Notes: generated by a model not told the origin, from the letters alone. A stretch of DNA of 63,107 nt, filler included, from Octopus bimaculoides (GCF_001194135.2; 4 parts of 3 records of this genome joined end to end with filler, not necessarily neighbours in it), one strand, 5' to 3'. Shown: positions 30,506 to 44,419, numbered from the whole stretch's first letter. Made by a program: numbers and translations.

Positions 30506-30720
30506 AAGGCGGTGAGATGGCACAATTGTAAGAACGCCGAGCAGAATGCTGAACACTATTCTGTCAGTCTTTATGCTCTGAGTTCAAATTCATCCAAGTT
30601 CGATATCACCTTACTTCGTTTCCGGGTCAATAAAATATATGCCCGTTCAGTACAGAGTTGTAATTAATCGACATACTCCCTCCCCTGAAGTTACCAGCCT
30701 GGCGCGAAAATTTGAAACCC
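30506..30720 (+). mobile_element. Diverged SINE family B
   Basis: aaggcggtgagatggcaca...ctctgagttcaaattc... head and body. Confidence 0.7.
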
Positions 30721-31458
30721 ATATATCAACATTACTGGAATTTCTCTCGTGAGAAAACGATCGAACAGATGTGTATGTATACATCTGTGGCACTGATAAC
30801 TGAGTATGACAACGACTTTTACGATATAGACATCACAAAAGAAAAAATCTACCACAATGAAACAAACGTGTAGCATTCTTGCGTACTTAGGTCTTCAAAT
30901 AAATACAATGAACTGCCGAATGCATCATAAATGTGACTTCTCTAAATTTATAGTCACATTTCCGTTAACGAATGAATTGTGTTTTACCATAGTTCATATT
31001 GCAATAACGGTCATCAACCTATTTTCTAAATGCAATGTATACGCTGATATAAAGAACAGACTCGTTTTATGATGTTTAATATTTTACTCAAATGTATATA
31101 ATTATTATCAATAAATCCTTTTAAAAATTGCATGTAAAGAATTAAGATTTTTTTTTTATTTTCCGCCTAATTATTATCACTCACGTGTGATAAGGTCATT
31201 GCAGTACTAGCAATATGGAGATCATTAAGTTTTGATATAGGTAATGATGATAATAATAATAATAAATAATAATAAAATAATAACAACAACAACAACGGTA
31301 GCAGTAGAGCATCCACAACAACTGAGATAATAATGGTGATGATGATGATGATGATGATGATTACGACGATGAAGACGACAATTCCAAAGATGATGATGAT
31401 AATGGCTGTAGTAGTGATGGTGATGAAACATTAGATATAATGATGTCTAATAATAAAG

Positions 31459-31673
31459 TTTTAAAATTTGACACAAGGCCAGCAATTTCGAAGTAGTGTA
31501 TCCGTTAAGGTAATTACATCGACTACAGTGTCGAACTGGAATTCATTTTGTCGACTCCAGAGGGATGAAGGAGAAATTTGTCGTCGGCAGAATTTGAACT
31601 CAAAGCGTTAAGACAGACGAATTGTCGCTAAGCATTTTACCAGCGCGGTTACGATTCTTCCAGTTTGACGTCT
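31459..31673 (-). mobile_element. SINE family B
   Basis: Reverse complement aligns to the family B body (ggcagaatttgaactc). Confidence 0.8.
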
Positions 31674-31706
31674 GAATATTAATATTATACTTGTTCTTAA
31701 ATAATG

Positions 31707-31914
31707 AGGACAGCGAGCTGGCAGAATCGTTAGCCCGCCGGGCGAAATGCTTAACGATACTTCGTCTGCCTTTACGGTCTGAGTTTAAATTCCGCCGAGG
31801 TCGACTTTTCCTTTCGAAGTTGATAAACTAAGTACCAGTTGCGTACTTGGATCGATATAATCGACTGGAAACTCCCCCAAAATTTCGGGGCTTGTGCCTA
31901 GGGTAGAAAAGAAT
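31707..31914 (+). mobile_element. SINE family B
   Basis: gcgagctggcagaatcgttagc...aaattccgccgaggtcgac. Confidence 0.85.
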
Positions 31915-32697
31915 CGTTAGCCACCTGCATCATTATTATATGCACGGCTACTATCAGCCATAGCTGTCTTATTAATGATGCAATTTCAACTCATCAATGA
32001 CATCATCATCATTGCGTCACCACCATCATCATCAAAACCAACCTCTCCCATCACTATTATCATCACATTCATAAATATCATTAGTAAGAGTGTAGGAACA
32101 GGAAGAGAAGCAGTCGCACTAACAGTGTTTGCATCATTACGAAACTTGCTAAATATGACCAAGAGAGGTTTTAAGAAACAGCGAAGTACAGACGCATATA
32201 AAGACTACATCAAAAGCACAACTTTACACTATACACATTCCCATAAATTAGCAATCCTGGTTTTCGTTTAATTCTTTTATGTAATCAGTTATGGCAATAT
32301 CAAGTACCATTCCACATTTTGTGTCTTTTATTCAAATATTTTAGTGAAAGACGATTTGAATTTTAATTGGACCACATTGAATTTCTGAATTTCAAGACAG
32401 GTATTATAAGTTAATATCAATTGTTTCACGCGTAACAGGTGGCCACATTTAATGAGATAATCTGTTTGTGCTTTTGCATTTGTGTTATTGCGATTTAATA
32501 TCTTCTCAGGTGTTTCACTTTATTCATGTAGGCATTGTGGTAATTATTCTTGTTGCACTTTAATTGATGTTTTTCCAGAGAGTGCTTCCTACGATGATGG
32601 CGGTAGAAATGAATAGTTGTTAGGATTTCTGGATTTCCGAAGAAACTCTACTTCATTTCCATAAAATCTCTTTTATTTTTGAGATATAGGTATTTTT

Positions 32698-32888
32698 TTA
32701 CTCTAGACAAGAGGCCCGAAATTTCGGAGGAGGGGGCCAGTCGATTAGATTGACCCCAGTACGCAAGTGGTACTGAATTTCATCCCCGAAAGGACGAAAG
32801 GCAAAGTCGACCTCGGCAGAATTTGAGCTCACTACGTAAAGACGGAAGAAATACCGCTAAGCATTTTGCCTTGCGTGCTAACATTTCT
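32698..32888 (-). mobile_element. SINE family B
   Basis: gaaaggcaaagtcgacctcggcagaatttgagctc. Confidence 0.85.
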
Positions 32889-32889
32889 T

Positions 32890-33075
32890 ATTTCTTTATT
32901 GCCCACATGCGGCTAAACATAGAGGGAACAAACAAGGACAGACAAAGGGATTAAGTCGATTACATCGACCCAGTGCGTAACTAGTACTTAATTTATCGAC
33001 TCCGAAAGGATGAAAGGTCAAGTCGACCTCGGTGGAATTTGAACTCAGAACGTAACGGCAGACGTAATACCAGTA
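32890..33075 (-). mobile_element. SINE family B (different tail variant)
   Basis: gaaaggatgaaaggtcaagtcgacctcggtggaatttgaactcagaacg. Confidence 0.85.
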
Positions 33076-33080
33076 AGTAT

Positions 33081-33558
33081 TTCTTTCTGAGTTGACGAGG
33101 TGAGTTATGCTTAACCCTAGGTGCAGTAACATCCACTGAGGAGAACTGAGATGCAATACATCTGAGGTCGAAGTCATGCGATATACATATATCAGCTTCT
33201 TCACTAGTGAGCTTGTCTCAATACAGTACGTATCGTTCGCTCCCTCACTTTCGTTATCTTATTTTAACTCTTGTTTCTAGGAATGTTGCTACTATTTTTT
33301 ACCCTAGTTAATAAACTGGTCTCTATGTTTTAATTGCTAATGGGCCTCCTACATTATTCATATAATACACCTCTACCGTTTTGAAATAGCACACGCTTTC
33401 AATGGGGTTTCTTTGAATTGACGAGACGTATTATGCTTAACCCTAGGCGCAATAAGAGCCTCTGACGAGAACTGAGATGTCACGTATCAGAGCTCAAAAA
33501 CACGTGATATGGATATATCTGTTTCCTCACTTGTGAGTTTGTCTCACTACAGTACGTA
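33081..33558 (+). repeat. Two diverged ~150-nt direct repeats (33081-33232 and 33408-33558), 326-nt period, with hammerhead-like cores
   Basis: About 70% identity by eye; shared blocks TTATGCTTAACCCTAGG, CTGA(G/C)GAGAACTGAGATG, ATATATC, TCACT(A/T)GTGAG and TACAGTACGTA. Confidence 0.8.
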
Positions 33559-33619
33559 GATTTCTCGGTCTCGTCAAATTATTAAGCTACCAAGTCGTTT
33601 TTTTAAATCATATTTCTAG

Positions 33620-33678
<59 letters not shown>

Positions 33679-33680
<2 letters not shown>

Positions 33681-34111
33681 CGCAGGAGCGGCTTTATGTT
33701 ACGTAGCTTGCTTACTAACCAAATGGTTCCGGGCTTAGTTCCACTGCGTGGCACCTTTGCCAGGTGACTTCTACTATAGCCTTGGGCCGACCAAACCCTT
33801 CTGAGTGAATTTGATAGATGGAAACAGAAGGAAGTCCGTCGTATATATATATATATGTATGTATGTGTGTATGTATGTATATATAGGTAAATGTATACGT
33901 TTGTATATCTTTGTTTGTTCCCCCACCATCGCTTGACAACCAATGTTGGTGTGTTTACGTCACCGCAATTCAGCGGTTCGGGGAAAAGAGACTAATAGAA
34001 TAAGTACTAGGCTCACAAACAATAAGTCATGGGATCGATTTGTTCGACTAAAGGCGGTGCTCTAGCATGGCCGCAATCAAATTACTGAATCACTTAAACA
34101 ATAAAAGAATA
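33679..34111 (+). mobile_element. Full-length SINE family A with internal microsatellite
   Basis: Head and tail match the other family A copies. Confidence 0.85.
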
Positions 34112-35816
34112 TACACACATATCTCGTATATATATCATTGACACACTCACACATACGCACACACACACACAATCACATACATGCATACACATGTGCGAGT
34201 GTGTGTATATAAAGCTGTTATTTTATATTTCTCGCAGATATTTATTTAATATCACTCTTTCTTTGAGGAATCCCTTCCTTCTCCTCATAAATACATAGTA
34301 TTAAAACGCATCGATAAACATATTTTGAACTTTAAGATGAATGACAGTGAAAAGGGTCTCCGTTTTTACAATATGAATTTTCTCCGTACAAAAGGATTTT
34401 TCTTCTATTGTGGAACGCCTTTGCGGTACGGCATGCTCTAAAATTATCTAGTAAATGTTTTTGCATTCGAGAGTATTTCAAGAATATATGACATTCTTTT
34501 CATTGCTTGTGTTGCGTGTGTAAAACTCTTCTAGTGAAAACATATACAAAGACTGTTATGTTGAAATGCTATATGAAATATTTTGGTCGTGTGAAAAAAA
34601 TTGTATTTTTGTTTCCATATGTATATAAATGTATGACAAATTTACCTCGTATTTTAGAAAATAAAACCTGTTTTATTAAAAAAACATGAAGAAAAATTTC
34701 GCGCATTTTCAACCTTTTCTTCTCATTTTTCCTATGGAACGTGAGCTGTACGCATGTTTTTAAGCATTTTACTAGGAACCACCATTCGACAAATCTTCCA
34801 AGTCAGATAAAAGCAGACGAAAACTTAAACGAGAAAATAATCAAGGAACTGAAAAAAATCAATATCAAACTTTCAAACATAAACGAAACACTCCAGAAAT
34901 TTCTTGTATTTACCACAAAACACAGAATGAAGGGAGAAAATAGATTGAGAAAAAAATTACATCAATAACAGCATTCAAAATTTATGTAAAAGGGTTGAAA
35001 CAGTAGTACAAATATGACCAAGGGAATATAATTCACCACATACGGAAATATTCGGAAGTATTTCCTATTGCACTTTCCTTTAAAAAACCGAATAAACTAT
35101 ATTTGAACGAACAACACTAACAAGAACATTTTCATTCTGGAATATTCCGAATAGTGGAAGATACGAACGTTGCATAAGTTCATAAATTCTACACTGATGA
35201 TATTACTGATGAAAGAAAAACTAAATCCAATACTCAAAGCATCAGAACAACAGACAATTCTACGATGTTAATTTTGTGTAGACATAATGTAATATGAACC
35301 AGAGCATACACTAATGAACAAAACTGCAAAGTATATTGACTAAGAAACGAATATCCAAATTTGAAATAAAACCTGACAGAGAGCTATAATATCGTATTTA
35401 TAAACTTTGGAAACAAGACCATGAGAAGTCAAATTTGTTTATTGAGATAGAAGAAAAGTAAACACCGGTTTTTAACTATACAGACATATTCAAAATATAA
35501 TAAACATTAGACTACTCCTTCTTTAAGAATGCTAAACTCTACAACTGTAAACAATGTAGTTAATCACTACGTCATCATTGACCCAATAACGAAAAGAAAT
35601 TCAAGCATTGATCAAATCTACAGTGATCTCTAAGTAACAGGAGAATCGGAACTGTCGTAACACGGACTCTGAGCTCAAATTGCAAGGGGTGAAAAATGAA
35701 CCGGCAATCGAAGTTACAGCATTAATTTAGGATAGAAACGCATTTGTGTGTGTATGTATGCATGTATGTATATGTACATATATGCATATGTCTCTCTTCC
35801 TATATATATATATATT

Positions 35817-35864
<48 letters not shown>

Positions 35865-36900
35865 NNNNNNNNNNNNNNNNNNNNNNNNNNNNNNNNNNNN
35901 NNNNNNNNNNNNNNNNNNNNNNNNNNNNNNNNNNNNNNNNNNNNNNNNNNNNNNNNNNNNNNNNNNNNNNNNNNNNNNNNNNNNNNNNNNNNNNNNNNNN
36001 NNNNNNNNNNNNNNNNNNNNNNNNNNNNNNNNNNNNNNNNNNNNNNNNNNNNNNNNNNNNNNNNNNNNNNNNNNNNNNNNNNNNNNNNNNNNNNNNNNNN
36101 NNNNNNNNNNNNNNNNNNNNNNNNNNNNNNNNNNNNNNNNNNNNNNNNNNNNNNNNNNNNNNNNNNNNNNNNNNNNNNNNNNNNNNNNNNNNNNNNNNNN
36201 NNNNNNNNNNNNNNNNNNNNNNNNNNNNNNNNNNNNNNNNNNNNNNNNNNNNNNNNNNNNNNNNNNNNNNNNNNNNNNNNNNNNNNNNNNNNNNNNNNNN
36301 NNNNNNNNNNNNNNNNNNNNNNNNNNNNNNNNNNNNNNNNNNNNNNNNNNNNNNNNNNNNNNNNNNNNNNNNNNNNNNNNNNNNNNNNNNNNNNNNNNNN
36401 NNNNNNNNNNNNNNNNNNNNNNNNNNNNNNNNNNNNNNNNNNNNNNNNNNNNNNNNNNNNNNNNNNNNNNNNNNNNNNNNNNNNNNNNNNNNNNNNNNNN
36501 NNNNNNNNNNNNNNNNNNNTATATATATATATATTAAATGCATATATATATAATTTTAAGATCAATTGCGAACGACGTTGAATCTTTAAAAGAAAATGTG
36601 ATTGTAGAAAGTTATTTAAGTAAATGTCTTCTGCACGAAGAACAGCTCTGTCTGCAGGTGCTATATTTTCTTATCTGCTTCCCCAACTCTTATCAATTCC
36701 AAGAGCAATGAGTAAATTCAAACGTGTATATTCATTATGGTCTTATGACGTGATTAGCTATTTCTCTCTGAAGGTAAGCTGAATAACTCCATAATTGAAG
36801 AAAGTCATTTGTGAACATAGAAAGAAATTGATTCAGTTATTCCACATCAAAACTGCATAAATAATACGAATCCTTTTTTGCATTTGTATATTCTACTTAC

Positions 36901-36980
36901 ACGATGTTGAACATACGAATATGTCACGTGCATTTGCATATGAAGCGTTAAATGTCTGAGGTGCTCTACCTCTGACATTT
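36901..36980 (-). other. Candidate 80-nt exon
   Basis: Acceptor gattcgatttttgtctgcag, donor CGT|gtaagt; open in two frames. Confidence 0.35.
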
Positions 36981-39394
36981 CTGCAGACAAAAATCGAATC
37001 TCGATCACTAGTTATTCTACGAAACGTTTCAGATAATTTTGCTCATATAAGTCAATATTGCTGCCTTTCTCCAATAGTTTGAATAATTGGTAATGTCACA
37101 TACAAAAAAAACATTCAAGATGCTTCCGTTTCTTGTAGAATGTGTACAATTATATGGAAAACACACGCCTATACTCCCCACAAAGCCATAGATAGGTAGA
37201 TAGATAGATAGATAGATCGAGATATAAACATAGAGATGTTTATGTCTGCATATAAGCGCCTACGTCATATTCTACAGACGATTATAGTCCATTATTTTAA
37301 TTTTTATAGTCCGTTATAGTCCGTTATTTTTATTTTTATTGTTATTTTTTTCTTTCTTATTTATGAGTTTGTTCTTATTTTCATGTAATTTCCTGGAACA
37401 GACACATGAAAGAATATTCTAGATGACTGTGTCTTACAAATCCCGTGGTATGACCACATCATTTTCCTCCTTGCAGGAAGGTAGAACCGTTATTCTTCCC
37501 TTTATACTATCCTACCCTATGGATTATTTAATCCGCTGTGTTAGCATATTCACAACTATGCATATTTCACTAACTAGATTAGCAGAATTATAACCTTCAT
37601 ACAATACATTTAGCTACCACCTGCTGAGTACCCAGTGGACAGATATTTGGTATTCTTTCTGTGATGAAGCTTCAAGCAAAATACAAATTATTCAAGTCGA
37701 TTGCAATTTTTATTCTCACCAGGAGATAAAAGCTGAGGTGAAACCCATTTCATCACTCTTCTGAATGAGGCTAAAATTAGTTGCCTACAGAGAGATATAT
37801 TTTACAGTGCATCTTAAAATATTTAAGACATCCGTGAATCAAGTAACGTTTAATGTTCTAATATCATATGAGATTTGAGTTATAGTCAAATATGCTGTAA
37901 TGGTTTGTGAGAACTCATATTAACATATTATCATTTTGTTTCTAACGAGTTCAGTTTGCAAATAATGTGAAGAGAATCGTGTATTTTAGTCGATTTAAGA
38001 ATAGTATAAACAAACTTCGAAAAAGTGAACGATAGTATTATGAAAATAATGCTATCTTACAGTATTTTACACTATATCGAATATCTATTTAGGTGGCTTG
38101 AATGTAACGATTAAAATAAGCAGCATACGGTTAAACGTTCCCCGATAGGCCAAATGCAGTTTGTAATTTTTCATACATAAATCTGAATTTAACAATCGAC
38201 ATTCTTCTGTTAGTGCCACATAGTCAATTGTATACTGTTATAAAATCTACCAAATGTATTTATGGCTTCCTGCTTACAGAGAAAACTTAAGCCGCGTAAC
38301 TAAATCGTTCTCTTGCTAGTTAGAATATAATAGAAGGCATTCTGATCAGTACATTGTGTGGCATTTTATGGGGTGTCGTCGATAATACGATTTCCACTTG
38401 CGATAGCAAAAGTTTTTCTATTGTGAGTAGATTTCTCACAGGAGAACGTGAGTTTGTATAATTATAGCAGAAAATTACTCGTATAAAGCAGAATATATCC
38501 GTATATTTGCAATTAAATGCATTAGGATCTTAGTCCGGAAAGACACGTCCAAATGCAGTGGTCATGCTGCTTTCTCACAAAAACACACCACAACCTTATT
38601 AAGTTTCATTCTGGTAACAGATTCATTTTCTGATTTCTATCGCAAAGATAAGTAACTTCATTTCAGTTTTGATCAATAAAGTTCGCATAACTGTAGGGGA
38701 CAGTATTCTTTTATTTGCTAATGTTTATATTGGCGGTATGAGGGAGCCCGTATTTTATATAGAGGATTATGTAATGAATAATTTTGCATTGTATTAAGAG
38801 AATTAATAGAGGAGTATAGCATGCTAATTGGTACAAAATTAGAAAATCTTAAAATCTTCAGCGTACAGGTTTATTCTTTAGATTGAAATGCATATGTTTG
38901 TTGCTGTTTACTTTGAGAGCAAATGACATTGAGCAGATTCATGATAATAGTATACCATCCACAGCTTTCATATTAGCATGTACATTTTCTAATACCTAAG
39001 TAGTTTGAATGTGTACCAATCGATGTATGTGTATACGCAAGCTTGCCTGCGAGTGAAGAACATCCAGTAATTTTCCTCAAAGAAACATAAAACTGCGAAA
39101 ACGTCTTAAAAAAAAGTGTCCCTATGTCCTTTATTCCGAAAACTAGGAGCGTTGAGGTGAGAGCATGTTTAAAATTTTACCACCGCTATATTTTCTAATT
39201 GAATGTATTTTCGGAGCTCCATTTTGCTATTAATTTGTGCTCAAAAGAAATGCTGCAATGAGGAAATGTACACATACATTTGGTGTAAAGACAAACATAT
39301 GTAAGAGAAATAAACGGTCACACTCGCACACGTATACATAAGAACATACATACACACATACATACATACATACATACATACATGCACACAAACA

Positions 39395-39436
<42 letters not shown>

Positions 39437-39446
39437 TCGAACTTAC

Positions 39447-39584
39447 GTTACTTTGAGTAACATGAGTCCAGAAATGGTTAGTTAAGTCAGCATTTGACCC
39501 GGCAGGAAAATAACATATGCAAAGCAAAATGGGATGATACAGTGCGAAACGGTGATATTTTGTTATGTCTAATATGCTTGGCAT
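39447..39584 (-). other. Candidate first coding exon with signal-peptide-like N-terminus
   Basis: ATG...MPSILDITKYHRFALYHPILLCICYFPAGSNADLTNHFWTHVTQSN|gtaagt (phase 0). Confidence 0.3.
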
Positions 39585-41051
39585 TAAAACATTCAGCGGA
39601 GGTGATGTGGTTACATTTTACGAATGAATAATGATAGAATTCAAAAGCAACTCTTCAAAGGACAACGAAACAATTCATGACGTGTGGTGGGTAGGACATT
39701 CTTACAGTACAAAGAAAAATTTGGGTACACTTTAAAACGTCTCCACATAAATAGTAATGAACGGTAGGATATTGCAACATGAAATTTAAGTATAAGCCCT
39801 CATCCTCAGGTTACGTTAACTAAATCAATATTTATTTCCTTTTGCTTTTTAAATTCATACGTATAAATCTAAGCAAGATTGTTCTAAATATTTTCGCTAT
39901 TTGCTGGAGATTTTGCTTCAGTTTTACATTCCGGGTGACAGGTGGTGATCCAAGACCTAGATGCATTCTATGCACTGAAAATGTTATCGCTTTCGTACCC
40001 ATTGATAAGGAAAATTATAGTAATATTAAGTAGTTTTCTAGTCCTTATATCACGTAAAATATTTGTAATTATCAATGAGCAGAGAAGTAAAAATTCGTTG
40101 TGAAGTCTATATTCGTGTGCGTTGAGAGTTCTTATAGCCATAGTGTTATTTATTTTGATAGATGAGAAGTTTTTTCCTTGAGTTTTAATATGTATAAATT
40201 TACCGACAGAATACATGGTCCTATAAATATACATAATACGTTCTTTCAAAATCACATGTTTTAGTGATTTTCCCATAATTTTGAATCGGAATATTTGATT
40301 TCTTTTACCCTGAACTGGATTTATACTCGATCGACTGCGGCATATAATCTTTACATAATTTTATTAGTATTTTAGTTTTCTGTTTCCATGTTTTGATATG
40401 AAACTTTCTCATGTAATATGTAGTTTGCATAGAAGTCTATTACAAAATATTATTTAATTTTATCATAGCTCTATATTCTTTTAAAACACATTTCTCGTTC
40501 CTTGATTAAATGGGATTGCTAAATTGAAATAATACTTATCCACATGTTTTTTTTTCCCATGTTCTTATATATTGCGAAATTCAGTTTCGTTCCATTTATT
40601 TTGATCGGCTTGTTTTTTCTATGGCTATATGCCGTCTTCTGTTAGTTGCTTCAGTCGTACCCTACTCTAGTAATACCTTTACGTTTCTGATTCTTTAATT
40701 CCCATTGCATATTTTGTATCACTCCCATCTCCTGCAACTTTTAGTATGTTTTTATTTAACTGACTTCCCTACTTGTATTCTTTCTCTTTTCACCGTTTTC
40801 TTCACGCCCTATTTTCACTATCATTCTATGTCTTCCAATTAATTCCCCATATGAAACACTTCCTTCTTTATAGTAAGGCACCTTTTACTGTTTATTAATT
40901 GCTTTTTCCATATATTCATTCGTCCTTGTTCTAATTTTAAAACAAGATTTCTATAAAAGGGATTTTTTCTTCGCTGTAAATAATATACCAATTTCCACGT
41001 ATATAGGTGATTTATGCTTTTCAATGATTAATTAATTTTCAACACGTTTAT

Positions 41052-41106
<55 letters not shown>

Positions 41107-41215
41107 GGTGTCAGAAGGCAGGAGTGAAAGAGAAAGAGAGATTTTTTCAAAACTGAAAGTGAGAGATTGTCTCGTGACGTGGGGTTCACATCACTGCGGT
41201 TTTAGGTGAGAACAA

Positions 41216-41255
<40 letters not shown>

Positions 41256-41491
41256 ATCAGGATATATATTCATTCACATATATATGTGTGTGTATGTGTG
41301 GATATGCATATATATATATATATATATAAGTGCATTCAGTAATCATCGTATAGCAATTTCCTTCACTTCTCCATGTATAGCCGATGAGTGACTCTCCTTT
41401 GAGACAGACACAACTCAGGCTATGCTTTCAGGCTTTTGGGATAAAGTTTTCAGGAATTACAACTAATTCCGCGAAATATTAACGTGTATCG

Positions 41492-41595
<104 letters not shown>

Positions 41596-44419
41596 TTGGA
41601 TGGCCAAAATTTCCTTGCTTTCTTTGAAATTATATAGCTACTCTGTGATTAAGTGAATGACAGATTATCCTTTACTTTAAAATGCGTGTCATTTTAAAAT
41701 TTAGGGATTATAAGTAATATGAATCGTCAATTTGTTGTTTTTTCAGCATCATTAGCATGGTAAATGAAGCATATTAGGAAACAATACTCGGTGTGCGTTA
41801 CGAAACCTCTTCATTGGTATTTGCATGTGAACAAAAATAAATGTGTCATCACTCACAGAAAATATTTAACTTAGACCAGTCGAAAAACTTCATACTAACA
41901 CAATAGATAAGAATATGAGATTTCCGATGCTCTTTTATTTCGTAAACAACATTTTCAAGTGCATTTTATCAGCATACTTGAATGTTGATCGAATTAGCAT
42001 TTTGATAAATTATTTTGTATTTACAATTGTAATGGAGAAAGGAGTTCTGCTTTATTTAAAGTAAAAGTTTAAAGAAAGCAAAGTTTGTGGTGATACGTAG
42101 ACAAGATAAAAGTTTCCAAATATCTTGTTGGAACTGACTTCATTACATAAAAAGGAGAAAGTTTCAGTTTGTGCTTCCTGAAATCTCTTCGGTTTCTTTC
42201 TCCTTCAATCATTCCATGGGATTGTAATGTAGCATGGGTACAATGGATAGTGCACCCACCATCCGTTTGGACGAAATTGGTGAGGACAGCATTGAAATTA
42301 AGTAGGAAGTCTTTTTTAGTCGTATATCTGTCAAGGTGTCGGATTTGAATTTCTTCATTTATCTTTTCTGAAGAGGGCTAGGAATTTCAATTGTGCATCA
42401 AGTAAACAATTAAAAATTTGATTTAAACTTTAACAAATGGCACTAATAATTGTTACTATTTTCTCATTTATTAATATTGTTGTTGTTGTTGATGTTATCA
42501 TCATCATCAACAACATCATCATCATTATTATTCAAAATTATTCCTCACATTCAACTATTCTTCTCGTCTTACTCATTTTCTCCTTCCACCTCATCCTCAT
42601 CATAAATACATAAAAATATATGAAATATTTTAGTTTGAAGAAAATTCAGTTATTAATGTATTTTCATATCAAATGTAACAGATAAAGGATATCTGGCTCC
42701 AACACTATAGTTAATATACAATAACACGTTCTTCCTTCTTTATAACTCGATATTTTGTTCAAGACATCGACTTGGCTCGGCGTAAGACAATGAAAATATT
42801 CAAAAGAAAATAAAAGAACGTGAGTACATCGATTAAACAATAACATCTAAATCTATGTCTCTTTTATGCAGATCGGATTAGATACTTAATCAATGGCAAA
42901 AGAGGAAGTGAAAGCATATTAATTTACATAGGTATAATACTATAATTGTCTATTGTTCCACATCCTATGTATGTAAACAAATGCCGCGTATCATTGAATT
43001 AAAATCCTTTCAATTCCAATATCAATATCATTTGGCTTAAAATCTCTGTATCTAGCGAGCTAGCTATCCATTATTTGTTCGCCTATTTATTTGTCTTTTC
43101 TTCAAACTAATTTATCTATCTTTCTATCTATACCACACAATTCTTCTTACACTAGATTGATGAATAGAAAGCCATTGGTTCGGTATTGTTTGGTAATTTT
43201 ATTGCGCATATCCGAATATAACGGAAAGGAAGCAAAAACAAAGAAATATATGTAATATTTGAGTCGCCAAGATGTGCGAGCCTGTCTTATTATCAATATT
43301 ACAATTCTTTCGATAAAAGAGACAAGAAACAAGTATGTTACTTTCTTTATAGTCTCTGCATCCTCCACCACAACGACGGCTACCAACTTCTTTGCTGTAA
43401 CAACATTACTACCCCTGCCACCACAATTTTCACTAACACGCTCACCACTAAACGTACCGTCATCAAAATTTCCCCCACAAGCATCGCCGTAGATAGACGC
43501 TACCATACCGCTGCAATGGTGACCAGTACCATTATTACAACTATTAGAACCACCAACGAACACACACAAAGGATTGTATCCAAAAAATCTCCGCGCGTTG
43601 TTCTTTAGAAATTTGAATTAGTTTCATTTTTATCTTTCTAAAACATAGTTAACAACATGTTTTAATTTTTTTTATCACAAAAACTGTGCTTCTCTCTATA
43701 AAAATGCAATAACAATTGTTTTTTCTTGTATTTCCATCATCATAATTGTTGTTATCATCGTCATCCATTCCTCTTCCTTCTCTTTTTCTTCTTCATCCTT
43801 CTCGTCAATCAGCATCATGTTCATCAAAACCATTACCATCATTACCAGAAACACAAGCACGAGCAGCAATAGCAACTTACCCAACAGCATTATTAACAGC
43901 TGGTCCTAATTTTCTTTCAACTTCAATTTGTTTCCTACATTTTCTCCTGTTACTTTTCTGAATTTTTTCTTCGGCTCAGTTTACACCATCTCTTGCCATT
44001 TCGTACTCGTCTTTTGTTCAATTTCTCTACTTACATTCTATGTCCACCTTTTCTGTTCCCATTTATTCTGATTGAACTCACTGTTACTATTATTGTCGGA
44101 TAAAATGTCATTATATCATTTTAGGTATTGGGTTCGAATTGCAAGGAATTACGAGGAATTTAAATTCCCTGTTCATAAACAAACAAATGATTAGCAAGGA
44201 TAACTTTATTTATGTTTCTCTGGACTCATCTCACGATATAACAATCTATTGTTCCGCAAAATCTCTGGTTTCATAATCATCAATGCCATACTCTATGCTA
44301 TACCCTCAATATTTATCAAGGCAGACTTTGCCCTCTGGCATTCCCTGGTTCGCAAACTGTATTAACATGTAACAAATGTTAGTATCATTGTATCTAACAT
44401 GTCAGGCTTCTTTTGGGAA

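Noticed and set aside
33108-33560. TAACCCTA plus terminal ACA read as telomerase RNA or H/ACA snoRNA
   Set aside because: The template-like 8-mer is short and duplicated, the H box is not conserved between copies, and no pseudoknot was seen; the hammerhead or duplication explanation fits better.
34700-35650. A-rich broken frames resembling an ORF1
   Set aside because: No recognisable motif; too degraded to support a call.
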